From positions 6,820,001 to 6,884,000 of the forward strand of contig NC_134028.1 of the NCBI RefSeq assembly GCF_964204645.1: a DNA stretch of 64,000 bases, given 5' to 3'. Positions 1 through 15,900 of this stretch are shown here, piece after piece. The notes under the pieces are model-generated. The model did not search any database. It was not told the DNA's origin and saw only the letters and a list, made by a program, of their open reading frames with translations. Origin of the DNA: Tubulanus polymorphus. Taxonomy: Eukaryota; Animalia; Nemertea. Position numbers and translations under genes: made by a program. Within the stretch, counting starts at the first letter, position 1; the number at the start of each line of letters is the position of its first letter.

Positions 1-504
1 AAATATTTAGCCTTAATATGTCCAGAAAACACTTCGAATTTTATCAAATTACGAATAAAACATTCAAGCAATTTCAAGGATTTAGAAATGCTTGTTTACC
101 GTCGGCGCTCGGCGGATACGGCGCAAGGCATATAGTTCCGCTCGTAACAACGAGCACGGGCTCCTGTTACTTTTTTCCCGTGGGCTTTTGAAAAAACAAT
201 GGTATTTTAGCACTTTTTCCATCCGCAAAAAAATATGGCAGCAGTCCGCAGCACAAAGATTCAGCTTAAATTCTCTCATGTGCCTTAGAAACGGTATGCA
301 CTCGGGTGAAATTTCAAAATTTTCTAAATCCTTGTTTTGGCTGTATGGATATACTTAACTTGCCTTTTTCAGTAAGGACATGCCCTTTCAATATTTCTTC
401 GTGCGCCTGTCAAAGTCTGCTCCTGGATCCACCCCTGGCCTCTCAAAACTCCCTAGCGTCGCCCCTGAAAAGTCATCCTTTACGAAAATGATCTTTTTAC
501 GCAG

Positions 505-913
505 ATTCTTCGAAAAGAACCCGCAACATAAAGCCTTGTTCAAGTCTGCTGATCCGAATAATGCGCAGTTCAAACACCAGGCAAAGATGACCATGAAAAA
601 GATTGGCGAACTGGTTGCCGCTCTCGATGGTGGCTTGGACGCAAAACTGAAAGATTTAGGTGTATTCCACAAAGGAAAAAACATCTCACCCGCTCAGTTT
701 GCTGTACGTCACTCTGCTGTACAACGAGATTATCAATGACGATTTCATTTCGCCTTAGTTAATAACGTTTCATATTTCCAATTCTAGACATGTGAAGGAC
801 CGATGAAGTACACTCTGTCAAAGGTACTCGGAGCCAAGTACGACGCTACGGCCCAGTCTGGTTGGGACAAAGTTCTGAAAACCATTATCGCCGGCGTTTC
901 AAAAGAATTATAA
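505..913 (+). CDS. Globin 1, last two exons (505-703, 788-913); first exon not found, probably upstream of the window
   Basis: Spliced translation FFEKNPQHKALF(CD1)...FKHQAKMTM...LGVFHKGKNISPAQFA|TCEGPMKYTL...WDKVLKTII...KEL*. GT-AG introns at the canonical B12.2 and G7.0 globin positions; proximal His in VFHKG. Confidence 0.88.
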
Positions 914-1991
914 ACGTTTCGATTCACAATATCTATATATGCATGTTTTGTGATATGATCTGAACAGATATAACGGAACTAGTAACCGCAGGAAAAGAAT
1001 GATTAATGGATTTTATAACATGTCTGTGGACACTTTGACACAAGAGGGGATTAATGGGGACGGACCATTCTCCATCCCTTTCAAAAATTCGAATGTGCCA
1101 TCCAAAAAGGTCAAGAAACCTATTATTGCCAGAAAACAAAACTAAATTTATCATGATTAGGGCAAGAAAGGCTAATTTTGGTCCTAATTTTTCTTCGGGA
1201 AGGCCACCAGAAGCCTATACCAATCTTCGTCCTTGCAGCCCCCACATCTGTCCTTCCTCTCAAATTAAGCTCCCGTTCCAATTTCCAGGTCCAATCCTTC
1301 GAATAATCCTATACATCCGCCCTTGATAATTATGCAACGATATATTTCGTCACAAGAGCTTATATAGTGATAATTACGTATGTCTTCCATTTTGACGCCA
1401 GTGGTTTTTCCTTTATATATTATATACTCTCGTTATCGCTTTATGAATGAACTGACTAATTATATAGTTGTAAAACCTGTTTTTATTACTACCAATAAAA
1501 GACATACACGTCTTGCTGTCTAAATTTTTCGTACTTATCGCGAAAGCGCGCGTTCTATTCATTCAATTGTTATATGGTCACAGTGGAAAAGTTCAAGAAG
1601 ATGAAGTGCTATGGAACAGTGTAGAAAACTCGTACACCCAACATCCGCATTTTTCTTCCCGTGGAAAACTTAACAAGCCAGTAAAATGCAAAATATTGCC
1701 GGTTACCTGGAAGAAAATCGCCCACTCGTCGAATTAAACATCACCTACAGTTTCAAAGCCCCAAAAAGTTGGATGCTTCATAATGATAATAAAACATATA
1801 TAAGATATATGCATTTTAAACTGTCATATTTCAATTTCACGCATTATATTGGCATTTAATCTATTAATTGTGTATGCATATAGTATCGAACAAACGTTGA
1901 AGGACTAGTCTTTGTGACGTATGTCCCAATTCACTCACCTATTATCTCGTCAACTCATTTAACCTAATGCCTTCAATATAGTATCGCTAGT

Positions 1992-3776
<1,785 letters not shown>

Positions 3777-6095
3777 CCTCGGACACGGGACAGTCTGATC
3801 AGTTCCTCCAAGTACATCTGTCGGCCGATTAGGGTGGAACTCGGGCCAATTGTTAATATATGCTTCGTTCCATCACCAATTAAGTTTCTACTGAGACCTT
3901 CATAGATTCCATGAATAAATATTTCGACGAAAAATGAATATTCGAATCTTACCTATACGTAGGGAATTAAAGATTACGCAATTCATTTTCTGAAAGACAT
4001 TTTGTTTTGTTACGTTTGATTTAAAAGGGAGAAATGTTTCTGTTCGAATAAGCGACGATTTGATTCCTTTTTTTGCTAATTTGTTTCAATACGCGACATG
4101 TCTACACGATATTGTATGTACAAAACTAATACGCCATGCAAAATTTACCATTTCGCTAGGTACAACATATCCTGTGTAATGGGAACTAATGCATGGTAAT
4201 TTTCGTTGTACGAGCCTGAACGAACACAAAAGCGGTAATTGTCGCCTAAGGCGTTTTTTATTTTTATCTTACTTTACTCGAATCAGCCACCACGAGAATA
4301 TCCCTATAATTAACACACATATGTATGCCTATTGAAATAAGGCGCATGCATAAAATAAGCTGAATTGGTTTATGATAAATGAAATAATCATGTTTGGAGA
4401 AAGGGTACTTTCAACACGAGGCAGATAATTTTCAGCAAAAAGGCTCTTCAGGATTTCATCTACATTTCCTGGAAACTACATCTCAATGCAGTAAATTTTC
4501 TAGAAAAGCACTTTGCATCAGGACTTCATTTATTGCTTGGAGATACACTAAAAAGTAGTTCATTTTTGATAGTTTTCTGGGGGGACACCCTTTCGTTTGT
4601 CATGGATTATGCCCTTTTTTATTAAGTTGCGTGCTACGCTGAACAGTGGTCCCTGGATCCACCTCTGGTACTATCCGGTGCTAGGTAAACATACAAGATT
4701 TACTTGGGCACGTTTTTTTAAAAATCTCCATTCAATCCTCCGTCGCCTCAGGCTCTATTATACCTAGGGAGCCAGTCCGGTTACACCAAGATTATATTGA
4801 CAGCACCTTCTGTTACCAGTTGCACCAGCTGGGTATCTTGTTCATTGAGAATCTTAGTGTCGGTGGTATATATCACAACCCCTGTTGCGGAATACGCGGA
4901 ATACGGGGCGTTTAAAAATTCCTTTAAATTCACCTCTAATTATATCATCATCACTCGGTTCTATCTGAACCGATTTTAATAAATAAACCATCATTATAAA
5001 CCATCATCGATCTTTCTTGTTCTTAATGTTGTGTTTATTTGTTCATTATATCTAACCTTCTTACATTTTTCTTCGTCACTTCAGCGAGCGTATATCATAT
5101 GGTAGAAACTGGTCTTATAGGTCAACTCCCTTATGCCTAATTAGGAAAACGTTTTCAAATTTTGCTTTTCATTTTTTTGCTTTTAGAATTTTCAGGTCAT
5201 TGGTTTGGCCAAATATTTTGTCAACTTCTGCTGTATGTTTAAGGGTTAACCCTATGAATTCTATCTTAATATGAATTTATGGAAAGATTGAATCCTAAAT
5301 CGATTTATACGAGTCCAATCCTCTTCGTAAATCTGGGTACGATTGTATAGGACAGGATCACCATGCATGTTGATCAATGATGACTTGACTCTCCGACCAC
5401 CATAGATGTTGAAACCAACAGAAATTCTTAAGAAATTTAATGATATATTTTTCATCATTTTACATTTCAATTCAATTGACAAGTCTTTCACGAGATAAAA
5501 CACTTTTTCTCCTAAATGAGAACTATACCTATCATAGGTATATACTACGTGGTTTTATCAAAACGAAGAAATCTTAATTATAAGTTCGATACATGTAAAT
5601 AATCTTCGTTCATCTTGTCAAAAATGCGTTTAGGCCCTACATGTTAAGTGATTAATCTATTTACAGCACTCTTAGAATTTTACGAGTATCTATCTTGATA
5701 AATCTTCTATTTCCATGATTCAAAACTCGCCATCCGGTCGACTCAGAGTGGTGAAATATCTATACAAATGCTGCCACAAATTATATGGTCAAGAAAACTA
5801 TCGAATCGTTTACGGACCCTGAAAATCATTCCGGACTTCTGTCATAACCAAGAGTATACTTTGAAAACCATTTCAACAAACATCGGGATATGATTGGGCC
5901 CTGATTTGAGCCGAGTCTACCGCATGCCGCAGTAAACGACTCGATTATAAGAACAACCCTGAGACAATGTCCGTACGTCAGTACTGCGTGTGCCTTGTGC
6001 GGGATATGAACACTTCTACCACAGGCCACTAATGGATTTTCAACCTCTACTAAAATGCTGCTTTTTCACTAACAGTCCATTTGATGATCGATGCA

Positions 6096-6448
6096 CATGG
6101 TTCCCACAGTTACATGAATCAAAATCTCCCAAGTTTTTCCCAAGTATTTCATGGGTGACTTTTCAATTTTCCCAAATTGAAAATGAACAGATACCATCAT
6201 GCTACAGTCAACATTTTAGTGGTGACTGGTTGATAAAGGTGATTCTCAAAGGAAATCGCTGAAGAAAGTCGCCCTTGGCATTTGCAATACCCGAGATCAA
6301 AAATTCATAAATGAATTTTTGCCGAAATGTAAATGGATTTCCCAAATATTTCCCTGATTTGAGGAAAATTTTTTCAAATTCCCAAATATATCCAAACTCA
6401 GAATTATTATTTCATAATTCCCAATTTCCCCGTTCTGTGGGAACCATG
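6096..6448. mobile_element. MITE-like element
   Basis: 14-bp TIR CATGGTTCCCACAG / CTGTGGGAACCATG; related terminus near 56409; no clear TSD. Confidence 0.5.
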
Positions 6449-6945
6449 AATGAGAGTACGCATCCAAAATGCGCCGCGCTTCAACTGATTCTCTTCGCGC
6501 GGCATTTTCTTAATAATTTCAAACTTTGCACCATCATCGCTCGAACAAAGACGCGGCTATATGTTAAAACTACCACGGTAAAAGCTTACACGTTCTACAC
6601 GCTACTGGAAAAACGAAATGATTAAAACAACTATATACACGATATATATGTACATATACAGAACACCGAGAGCATTTTTTTTTGTCGAGTAAATGCAGCG
6701 CCCCCGGTTTTTCGTTTTCGACATCTCATTTCGTGATATCTACGAATTCGCGCGAGACTATATTCAACGCAGAACGTAAAAAACAGCGCGACCTAAAACC
6801 GGGATGTAACGATTTATCGCGCGTAACGAACCAAAATTTCGACCCAAATATGAGAAATCAATTTAGTCCGCATTGTAGATAAATCATCGGTCGTAAACAA
6901 ACTATCGCCGCGTAAATCTTCGAATCGTCGTCGTAGCCAAATCAT

Positions 6946-9900
6946 CTACGAGTCTCCGTTCGACTTTTTCGGCGGCGAACTCGGAATCGTTTTTTCGATA
7001 TTCTTCGCCAATTGTAAAAGTTGCTCGCGCGATTTTTCGAGACACGAACGATATTTGCCCTGATTCGATTCGGCCGTTTCCGACTGTTTGCGTTGGTCGC
7101 GTAGCTGTTTCTTCAAGTCTTGCAATTCGTTGTTCGCTTTTTTGCCCGATTCCTCACTCAATGCGTAGTTTGAATTCAAAACGGCTGAAACATCGAAAAA
7201 CATCGGAGGATAATTCAAATGTTTATCCGTACAAGTTCTCGTGATTGATAATAGACTCAAATATGCTTCATTTTTCAATAATTTAAGCCCACAGCATCCT
7301 GACTCCCATCTGCTAAGCGTGCAATCAATTAACGCAGTCAAATATGTAAGACATAAATGGAAACTGTTTGATTTTACGCGTGATCTAGCAATCTCAACAA
7401 ATTTCCCTGACTTATAGCTTTCTATACAAAATTACCCAACTCTTTTTAAAGAAAAGAAATTTCCCTGACTTTTCCCGATTTCCAAGTAAGTGACCACTGT
7501 GTAATTTAACAGTTAAAATCAACAGAGTCTATTTTCAAACCTCATTGAACACCGTAGTCTTAATGTTAACCTAAATCGACAGAACTGGCTGCAGATTTAC
7601 AAAATTCAACCGTATAATTTTCAAACTATTCTATTCGAAATATCGGAACTTACTTAAATCGTTCTTCGCTTCTTTGAGTTTTGTTTCCAATTCGATACGA
7701 ATGTTTTCACTTTTCTCGAGTTTCGATATCAGGCTACTAATATCGACCATCGCTCCTTTATAACTGATTAGATTCGCGTTGTTTTCGGGCACCGACGATT
7801 CCTGAGGTTCGGTTTTTATCTTCTTCAACCGCGTCGAAGACCGAGGTACGACATTCGTCGAGCTCGAACCCACCATGTCATGAAGTATGGGTCGGTTACC
7901 TAGCGATAGTATTCAATTCATAAATAGCATGTTCAAATTTCAAATTTTCTTCCATTATGTGAATGTATACTTCAATCCAGACATGCCGACTTATCAATTA
8001 CCACATCAAGGACATTGAATAGACAATTTCCAGGGGATAAGGAAGAATGAAGAATCAGAATTATTTCTAGAGGGATGGTAGTAATTGGTTCAGGGACAGC
8101 AATAGTTTTTCAATAGCATAAAAAAAACACTATCAGGGACAGCGAGGCATTTTCAGGGATTGTCCCTGACAATTAGGGACAGTTGAAGCTCTGTCAATCT
8201 GCATTATCGCCGTTCCATCCCTGAGCTCCCTCATCTGCCTACGGACTGCCTTGTCTCTACAGTAACCCTTTATCATTTTTTTTAGCTGAGCTTTGAGAAA
8301 AAACAGTTGAAGGTTAAGTAGCTTGAAAATTGATGAAAGACCCAGGAGTCATGAGAGACAAGGGGTCATTTCAACGACATATTTAAAGTTTCATTAGATG
8401 GTCAAACACAATACTGACGATACTTTTAACGAAAGCATAAGTGATTCAGTGAAAGGACCCCTCGTCAGTTACCTAAAGCTAAGAGTTCATCGTCCGATTT
8501 CTTATCGTCGACGTCCATTTTCTCCACGGTCTGTTCGCTTCTTTCCGAAGTGTTTTCGCTTTTTTCCACCGGGCGATCGGTCAATCGTCGATATGAAATC
8601 GTATCTCGTATGACAACTTTTTGAACGAGTTTTCGAACCTAGAACAAAAGTGTAACGACACACAGTCAATATCACGACCCTCTTATGTCAGAAATATGGG
8701 GGTCTAGGGTCTAAAATACTGGTGAATTAAATCCATCTTACGAACAAAATGCTTTAAAATGCACACAGAGGATTGGGAAGTAGTAAAGAAATCAGGGAAG
8801 TTTTCGCCCATCTATGGCTGAACAATTAGGAACTAGGAACAGTTAGGGATGACTCCCGATGCCCAATACTTCAGCTCTGGCGTTACGTAGCTCTATACAG
8901 CTTTGATAACCTTTGAGTACGGGTTAAATCTGGACGAATTTGGAATAACCAAAAACGTTGGTTCACGTGTGAAACTAAATTCCAAAACAGGAAAGTTTCC
9001 AGGGCTGTACATAGCAGGATTCAGTTGCCCCCACAGAAATTTTGGAAAAGAGCCATTTTTGCAAACATTATTGTTATATCCAATGGGAGTTTAATGTAGG
9101 ATCCTTCACTTGACTGAATAGCATTTTGTTATATGCTAAATAGAGTTCTTGTTAGGGCATTTAAGAACAATCGTTTTAACGGTTTTTGATTTAGGTAACT
9201 GCCTGTTTACGGGTTCCCCCCGACATTCAAATGCCAGTCCAGGTTTCTTAAATTACGGATACGTGTGTTCTTACCTGAGCGCGTGATAAATGCAATCCTA
9301 GCGTATGAATAATCTCTTCGACATCTTTCTCCAGTATATAACCCGTGTGGGTCGTATCGAAATAAACAAACGACAACAGCAGAGCCGGATCGACAGTCGA
9401 CAGTTTCTGTTTGTCTTTTCGACTGCGTCGTTCGCGACTGCTCGTCGATCGACTATCGTCACCCTGCCGACAAAAAAAAAACTAAACGGATGAAACAAGA
9501 TCTCATAAGAAGAATTTTAATACTACTGTACAGGGTGGCCACTATCTGCCAATTTATAAATTCCCATGATTTTTCCATGTGTTCCACAAAATTCTCTGAG
9601 CAAATCAGAGGAATTTCTTTGTTTAAAATGTTATTATCTATTCATTTTTATGAATCACGTATTGATCAATTAACAGTAACACGTGGTCAATAACGATCCA
9701 AATTCCCTGAATTTTTTGCTCCCCTGAGTTTTCCAGGTTTTCCAGGTCAGTGGCCATCCCTGTAACAGCACCGATATAACGTTTTTTAAAAAATGTTCAT
9801 GACATTTACCTCGGCATCGCTGGCTTCTCTTTCATCGAAATCCTCCTTATCATCATGCTTCGTCCGCTTCGCTTCGGGTTCCTGTAAAAATTAACGCACG

Positions 9901-12900
9901 TTTTGCTAAGTTTTTTTAGGATTACCCGAATATACCAGTAGTAGGAAAATATCGATATTGAAATATGCAAGAATGGACTCCGTACGGAGCACCTAAATAT
10001 AAACACACTCACCTTCACGTCAGAACTTTCTTTCTCGTTCTTCTCGGGCTTCTCTTCGCTTTTACTTCGATCCTCCTCGCTGTCATCCTTCTTACTTTCA
10101 TCGCTCTTCTTTCCCTCCTTTGCGGCCTCATTTTCCGAATCTTTTTTGTCGGCGACTTTCTTCTCATCCTTTTCCGTCCGTTTCTCGTCTTTGTTGCTGC
10201 TTTCTTTATCTGAGTCTTTCCTCTTATCGCCGGCGTCTTTCTCCTTGCCGTCGCGTTTGTCGTCTTCTTTTTTCTCCGGCGCGACGACCAACGCTTTGTA
10301 AATGCGAAATCCGGCATCTCGCATCAGCATCTCGTTGAAAAGCTCGGCGAATAACGAAACCTGCGAATGAAAGGGTTGGTTTTACAAAATAGAAATTTCT
10401 ATAGAAATAGCGTCGAGAGATCGAACAAACCTCAAAGGAATGTTCCTTGGTATCCTCGGGTCTGTAGTCGAGTAGAACGCTTAACGACATCACCGTACAA
10501 TCGAATCGTCCATTTTTAGCCGTACCAGACGGATGTACGATTATATGCGGAGTGTCGGGTAGTTGATATCGACGTTCTTTGATTGCACGGTCTTTTTCTT
10601 CGCGTTTTCTTTTATCTTCGTCCTATTATTAATATATCACATATCACTGCGTTATTTATAGGTTGTAGATATACGGAGTTGTGACCTATAGATTGAAGTC
10701 TTCGAGTTCAACTGCTTTAGACCGATCAGTCTTCGTACACTGAATCATTGATGTACTACCGCAATATTCTCCTCTGTAGCTGCTTGTTAAACACTTTTGA
10801 GTATATGTTTTTGATGCCGTAAATCCGTTATAATAATAACGTATACATGGTACATAGTATGCGTTGTATAAGGGGTTCTGTGTGAGTAGATGTGCACTAT
10901 GTCACCAATATAAGCGTTTCAACATAACCATTACAATTGTGAATTTTAGAGTTTATTTTGTAATTGGATATATTTCATAACTCTTTTATATCTGAAAAAC
11001 TAAGATAATTATCTTTGAGAGGATGTGCACTACATCATCAATATATTGGGGCTTGACTGGTCAGTGGTAAATTCCATTCAATTATCGATATACCGGTATT
11101 CAAATCCAAAAAAACTTCATTGATCCTTAATATCATATAACTATATGATACATTATTTGTCGAGAATATCGGGCAATATGTGTATTATTTTTCAAGGGGT
11201 CAATAAACTTTCAAGTTAGTTTTCTTGTTCTGTTTAGCGTACCTCTCTTTTCCTTTTTTCATCATCATCGTCTTTTGTTTTGCCGTCTTTCTCTTTAGAT
11301 TTGTCGTCTTTAGCAGTCGTTTCGCCAGTTTTCTCTGGGGTTGCGTCCGACGACTAATGACGAAAACATGACAAAATAATATCAATACAAACCAACAATT
11401 TTAACCTTAACCTATTGTTTATCAGCGCTGTACTCACTTCATTGCCATCTTTTTCTTGTTCAGTTTTTAAAGCTTTCGTCAATCTTGCCATAAGCTGCGA
11501 CTTCAAACCTTTCGAATTGACACCGCGTGCTTCCAATTCGCGTCGCATATCCGCCACCTACAACACAACGGCAATACATCATACCTCTCTTCTCTGGCCC
11601 CGGTTTCATCGCAAACATACAAGACCGATCTTGTGTCTTATGATGATGGGCGCTAGGGAGTTACATAATGTCTAGAAAAATTGAAATCTAAAATGCTAAA
11701 TTATCAAAATCTGAAGAATTTGATTCTAATCAGGTCAGTCTTACGGTTGCAAATGTGTCTATGATAGATACATGTACGTACGAATCAAATTATTAAGAAA
11801 AGCCATTGAAGCATCTTCAAAAGTTTTAAAAATATTTACTGGATTCTGTCTACAGATGGACAGACGGATAAAAAGTGAACGTAGTAGTATGCTGGGACTA
11901 ATGTCTTGTGGGCTAAAAATGTCTAAAAACTTGAAAAGATGGATAAAAACCTAAAACGATAAATGATGAACGTTGATAATAGTTACGGAAGCGATTGAAC
12001 TAACACAAACCTTTATCATTTTAGGGTCAAGCTGCGAGTAATGCGTAGGCTCCTTTTTCTCACCATCAGCCAGTGCTTCACCGCCTTCTTCTTCGTCTTC
12101 CTGTCATAAAAACAAATACAGAAACACGACATGAGATTTTCATTCGGTTTCGCAAAGCAAAGTAGCCGCAGTTAACAGACAGAAGATATCTAGCCACATG
12201 TACATCGAAGTGAACTTCTGGGAATACAGACGGCTTCCAGTTCAACCGGAAGCATTTTTTTTTAATTACTGATTTTAGGCCTTCCCAAAATCTTAACTCT
12301 GTATTTTGTAAGGTTAAACCAAATGAGCAGTTGGTCACTAAAATCAGCCACACGCTATCGAAACACCAGCTGTATAAGTTGTGCTGTATACAGATTGAAA
12401 ATAAAGACTTAACAAGTTATCGTATTTTTCCGGCCAATAAGCTGATTTTATAGCCTCAAATTTTTACCCCAAAATATCACGATCGGCTCATACAATCTGA
12501 CCTAAAAAATCACTTCCCGATCTACGTCAATTGAACGCTATAAAAGATCATCAAAATCAAGTGGAGCGATCTATATTAATTTGAGGTCATTATTTACTAC
12601 CAATAATCTATTTTGAACTACATGCATTTTGTTACTTTGTTTGTTTCATCACCTCAGAGTGGCAATGTGTCTGCTAAAGTCAAATTGACAATAAATATGG
12701 CTAGATATCTCTGTACAGATCTAAATGAGTCTAGTTTGTCGAATGCCATTCACAGCTCCACCGTTTATCATCCCTATTAGAGCATTTCGCTTGTTGTACG
12801 GTTTGCGTGTGTTTATAGGGACATACCTTGCCAATGATCTGAAATGAAGAAATGATCGTTTGGGGGGCGCCCCGGGGCGGGGGAATGGTTGGGTGGGTTG

Positions 12901-15900
12901 CGTGCCTCAAACTTAGTGGTATCGGGGCTGGAATTTAGGGCGCTAGGAACCAAACACGCCTCTAGTCCTTACACAGCCCACCCGTATCTAGGTATAAAAT
13001 GAAGAAATTATACGGTTTAGAAGCCTGGATTTATAGATATATATATATATGATTTGCAGTGAATGAAAAAAGAAAAAGATTTGTTTAGTGCCTGAGATCC
13101 TTCTTCTTGCGCCGGTTCAGTCGCGCTGCTGGTCGGTCTATCTAGCAGAGCTTTGTACGAGTTTTGCAACCGTTCCCAATCTAACTGGGTCGGATTGCAG
13201 TTCCAAACGTCTGGCAAGAAAATGGCGACGGTCTCGACCCTGGACGGAATCAGCCGGCCCTTGTGGGTCTCCTCGGGACGCAGGTAACAAATGTCGACGA
13301 AGCGATACCTGTTGGAAAAGGGTCAGGAGAAATTGCGTCGTTAGATACAAAAAAACTATACACGTACACTACACGAACGACAAATCGAGAGAAATAACGA
13401 ACGAAAATTTTTTTTTTATCGACAAAAGCGAGCGAGATAGTTTTAATCGGAGAATTAAAAGAAAAAAAAACACGAAACATTATTGCATGGTTTATCATAT
13501 AATCTTCGGTATGCTATTTCCTCGTAGTTGTTAAAAATGCCAAAATGTTCGGGGGGCTTGGTTAGAGAGAAAAAACTGAGTCTAGTAAAAAAAAAAAAAA
13601 ACGAATATCTGAAAAGGAGAATCGCCGACTGAATGATCAAACGACTACTTTCGTTCATTTGTCGCGTGCGTTCCAAAATATTCGGGTTGAAATTTATAAT
13701 TCGATTCCTCAGCTCGTTGCATACCGGTTCACATATCTGTGTATATGTACGTAAATTCATCGTGTACGAGTAAAATTAGAAAATATCTTTTTTTTGACGG
13801 ATCTTAATATTCCTTCCGATTGAAGAAAGCGAATTGAGAATTTTTTTCTCATGATATTCACGAAGATAAAAACCGTATCGGTTTCGTTAAAGCGATCGAA
13901 GAAGAGGACGGTTACCTACCATTGAGTACACGAGCTTAAATCGACGCCGGTCAAAGCTTTCGTCGTTCGGATTGCCGTTTTGATGAGCACTTGAGGATTG
14001 TCTTTCGGATTCTGTCCGTCCAAACTCGGCGACCACGCGCCGCCGATCGCGATTGGCTCCGACTTGCCCTTCAAGCCGACGAGAAAGTTCAAAAGTCTCG
14101 CCGGGTGTTGGAATGAATCTTTTACGTCTTGCGAGTCCTCGGCGAGGGCGCAGGATTTGTGATAGAGCTCCTCCAACGGAGGGTGGCTGAGTAACATCAC
14201 CTGCACAAAGAAACTTAAGTTATCAAATTTTTTGCCATGAGTTATAAATTACTAGGATTCATTCACACTAGCGATTTGAAGAAACAGAAACTCCACCCCA
14301 AGGGGTGCCCCTGGTGGAAGAAGAATCCAAAAAATGGCTCTGTAACTTTATAGGCCTAGGTCCATAGAACATTCACAACAAATTTGGAATTGATCTGATT
14401 AAAACTGTAGGACTAGTAGCGATTTGAAGAAATAGAAACTCCACCCCCAGGGGTTAATTAATAAATAAAGTTCAAGTTCAAGGTCCGAGGCAAGAAGGCA
14501 GAAAAATGATTTCATTTTTGCCCCAGTTCGTCAAAAAATTCTCGAGTTCGAGGCCGCGTCCGAGTAAGGTGGAGAGGTTTACTCGATAAATCGAAACTAA
14601 CCTTAGCGGAGTAAAGATGATCAGAATCGCTTGGTTCGAGTACGGCGTTGTTCGACTCGAGGGGTTCGACGTCTTTGTGCATGACGTGGAACGAACAATG
14701 TCGCTCGAGCGCGAACGGTCGATGCATCGGAAACGCGTCGGTCCACGAGAACGTGCAGTTGAAGAAATCGCTCGGCACGTACATGTTCGTGTAACGAGAT
14801 TTCAACGCGATGACGTTTGCTTCTGTGCTGAAAGTAGAAGATACATAATACAACCCGGGCTGCCTACAGTTCAGTCATTCCTGGATATAATACAAGTAGT
14901 TTTTGAAGAGTTTTAACCCTTTCAGTGCTGGCTAATTAATACCCTATAGTGCTGAAGAAAATTTGAAAATTCTGAAAAATTCCACCCAAGTGTGTTGAAT
15001 AACGGGAATAGCACTATAGTGCGTCTACACCCTGGCGCGCTATATCGTTAGTTACTAATATTTCACTATGTTTGACAGGTGCTGTCATCTTTCAAGAGGG
15101 ATAATTAGTAATTACTAATTAAATCAATACACCTCAGTGCGGTGTACTAGCAAAATCCATCACTGATTCGTACACCGCACTGCAGTGTAGACGCACTGAA
15201 AGGGTTAAAGGGGAAAGTTTCAAATTTCGAGGAAGTATTTGCATTGCGTTTATATCCCAATTACAGCAGACTCCCTCCTGAATCGGTACTGTTTATCTCG
15301 GTAAACTGTTAATTCCCTGGATTTGTAAGCAAACCTTAATCCTATACACTAATAAACTTGGTTTCTAATTCAGTAACCTTCTAATTGGGTAAAAAAAATC
15401 CTGGTTCGAACTGTACTGATCTGATTTAGGCGTAGTTTACTGTACAATTACAAACCAGACAAAAATTTGTTATTGCCTATTTTATAAAATTGAAGGAATT
15501 TTGGGCAATTTGTTCAAATCAAGGAGTTTCAAGAAACTTTAAAAGCATTTTCTGTCACGAAGGAGATTTCAACGAATCAAGGAGTCGTAGGGTATCCAAA
15601 GGGTTTCAATATGAAACTTGCCAGAAATATCACTGACCTGTCTAAAGATAATTTCGGGATTTGAACCATATATCGCGGAACAACTCTCGTCCGGCGAGAA
15701 GTTCGAATCGGACTGCGAGGACGCGGCGATCGCGATCGTTTGCGAGGCGACCGCGATCGTTTACGCGGCGACGGTCGGCGTTCTTCTCGACGGTCGCGCA
15801 CTCCTCCGCGATCCCGACGTTCCCGGTGATTGTCGCCGCGATCGATACGCTCCGATCGACCTCCACCGGCGCCGGCGCGACCTCCAGCGCCACCACCACC

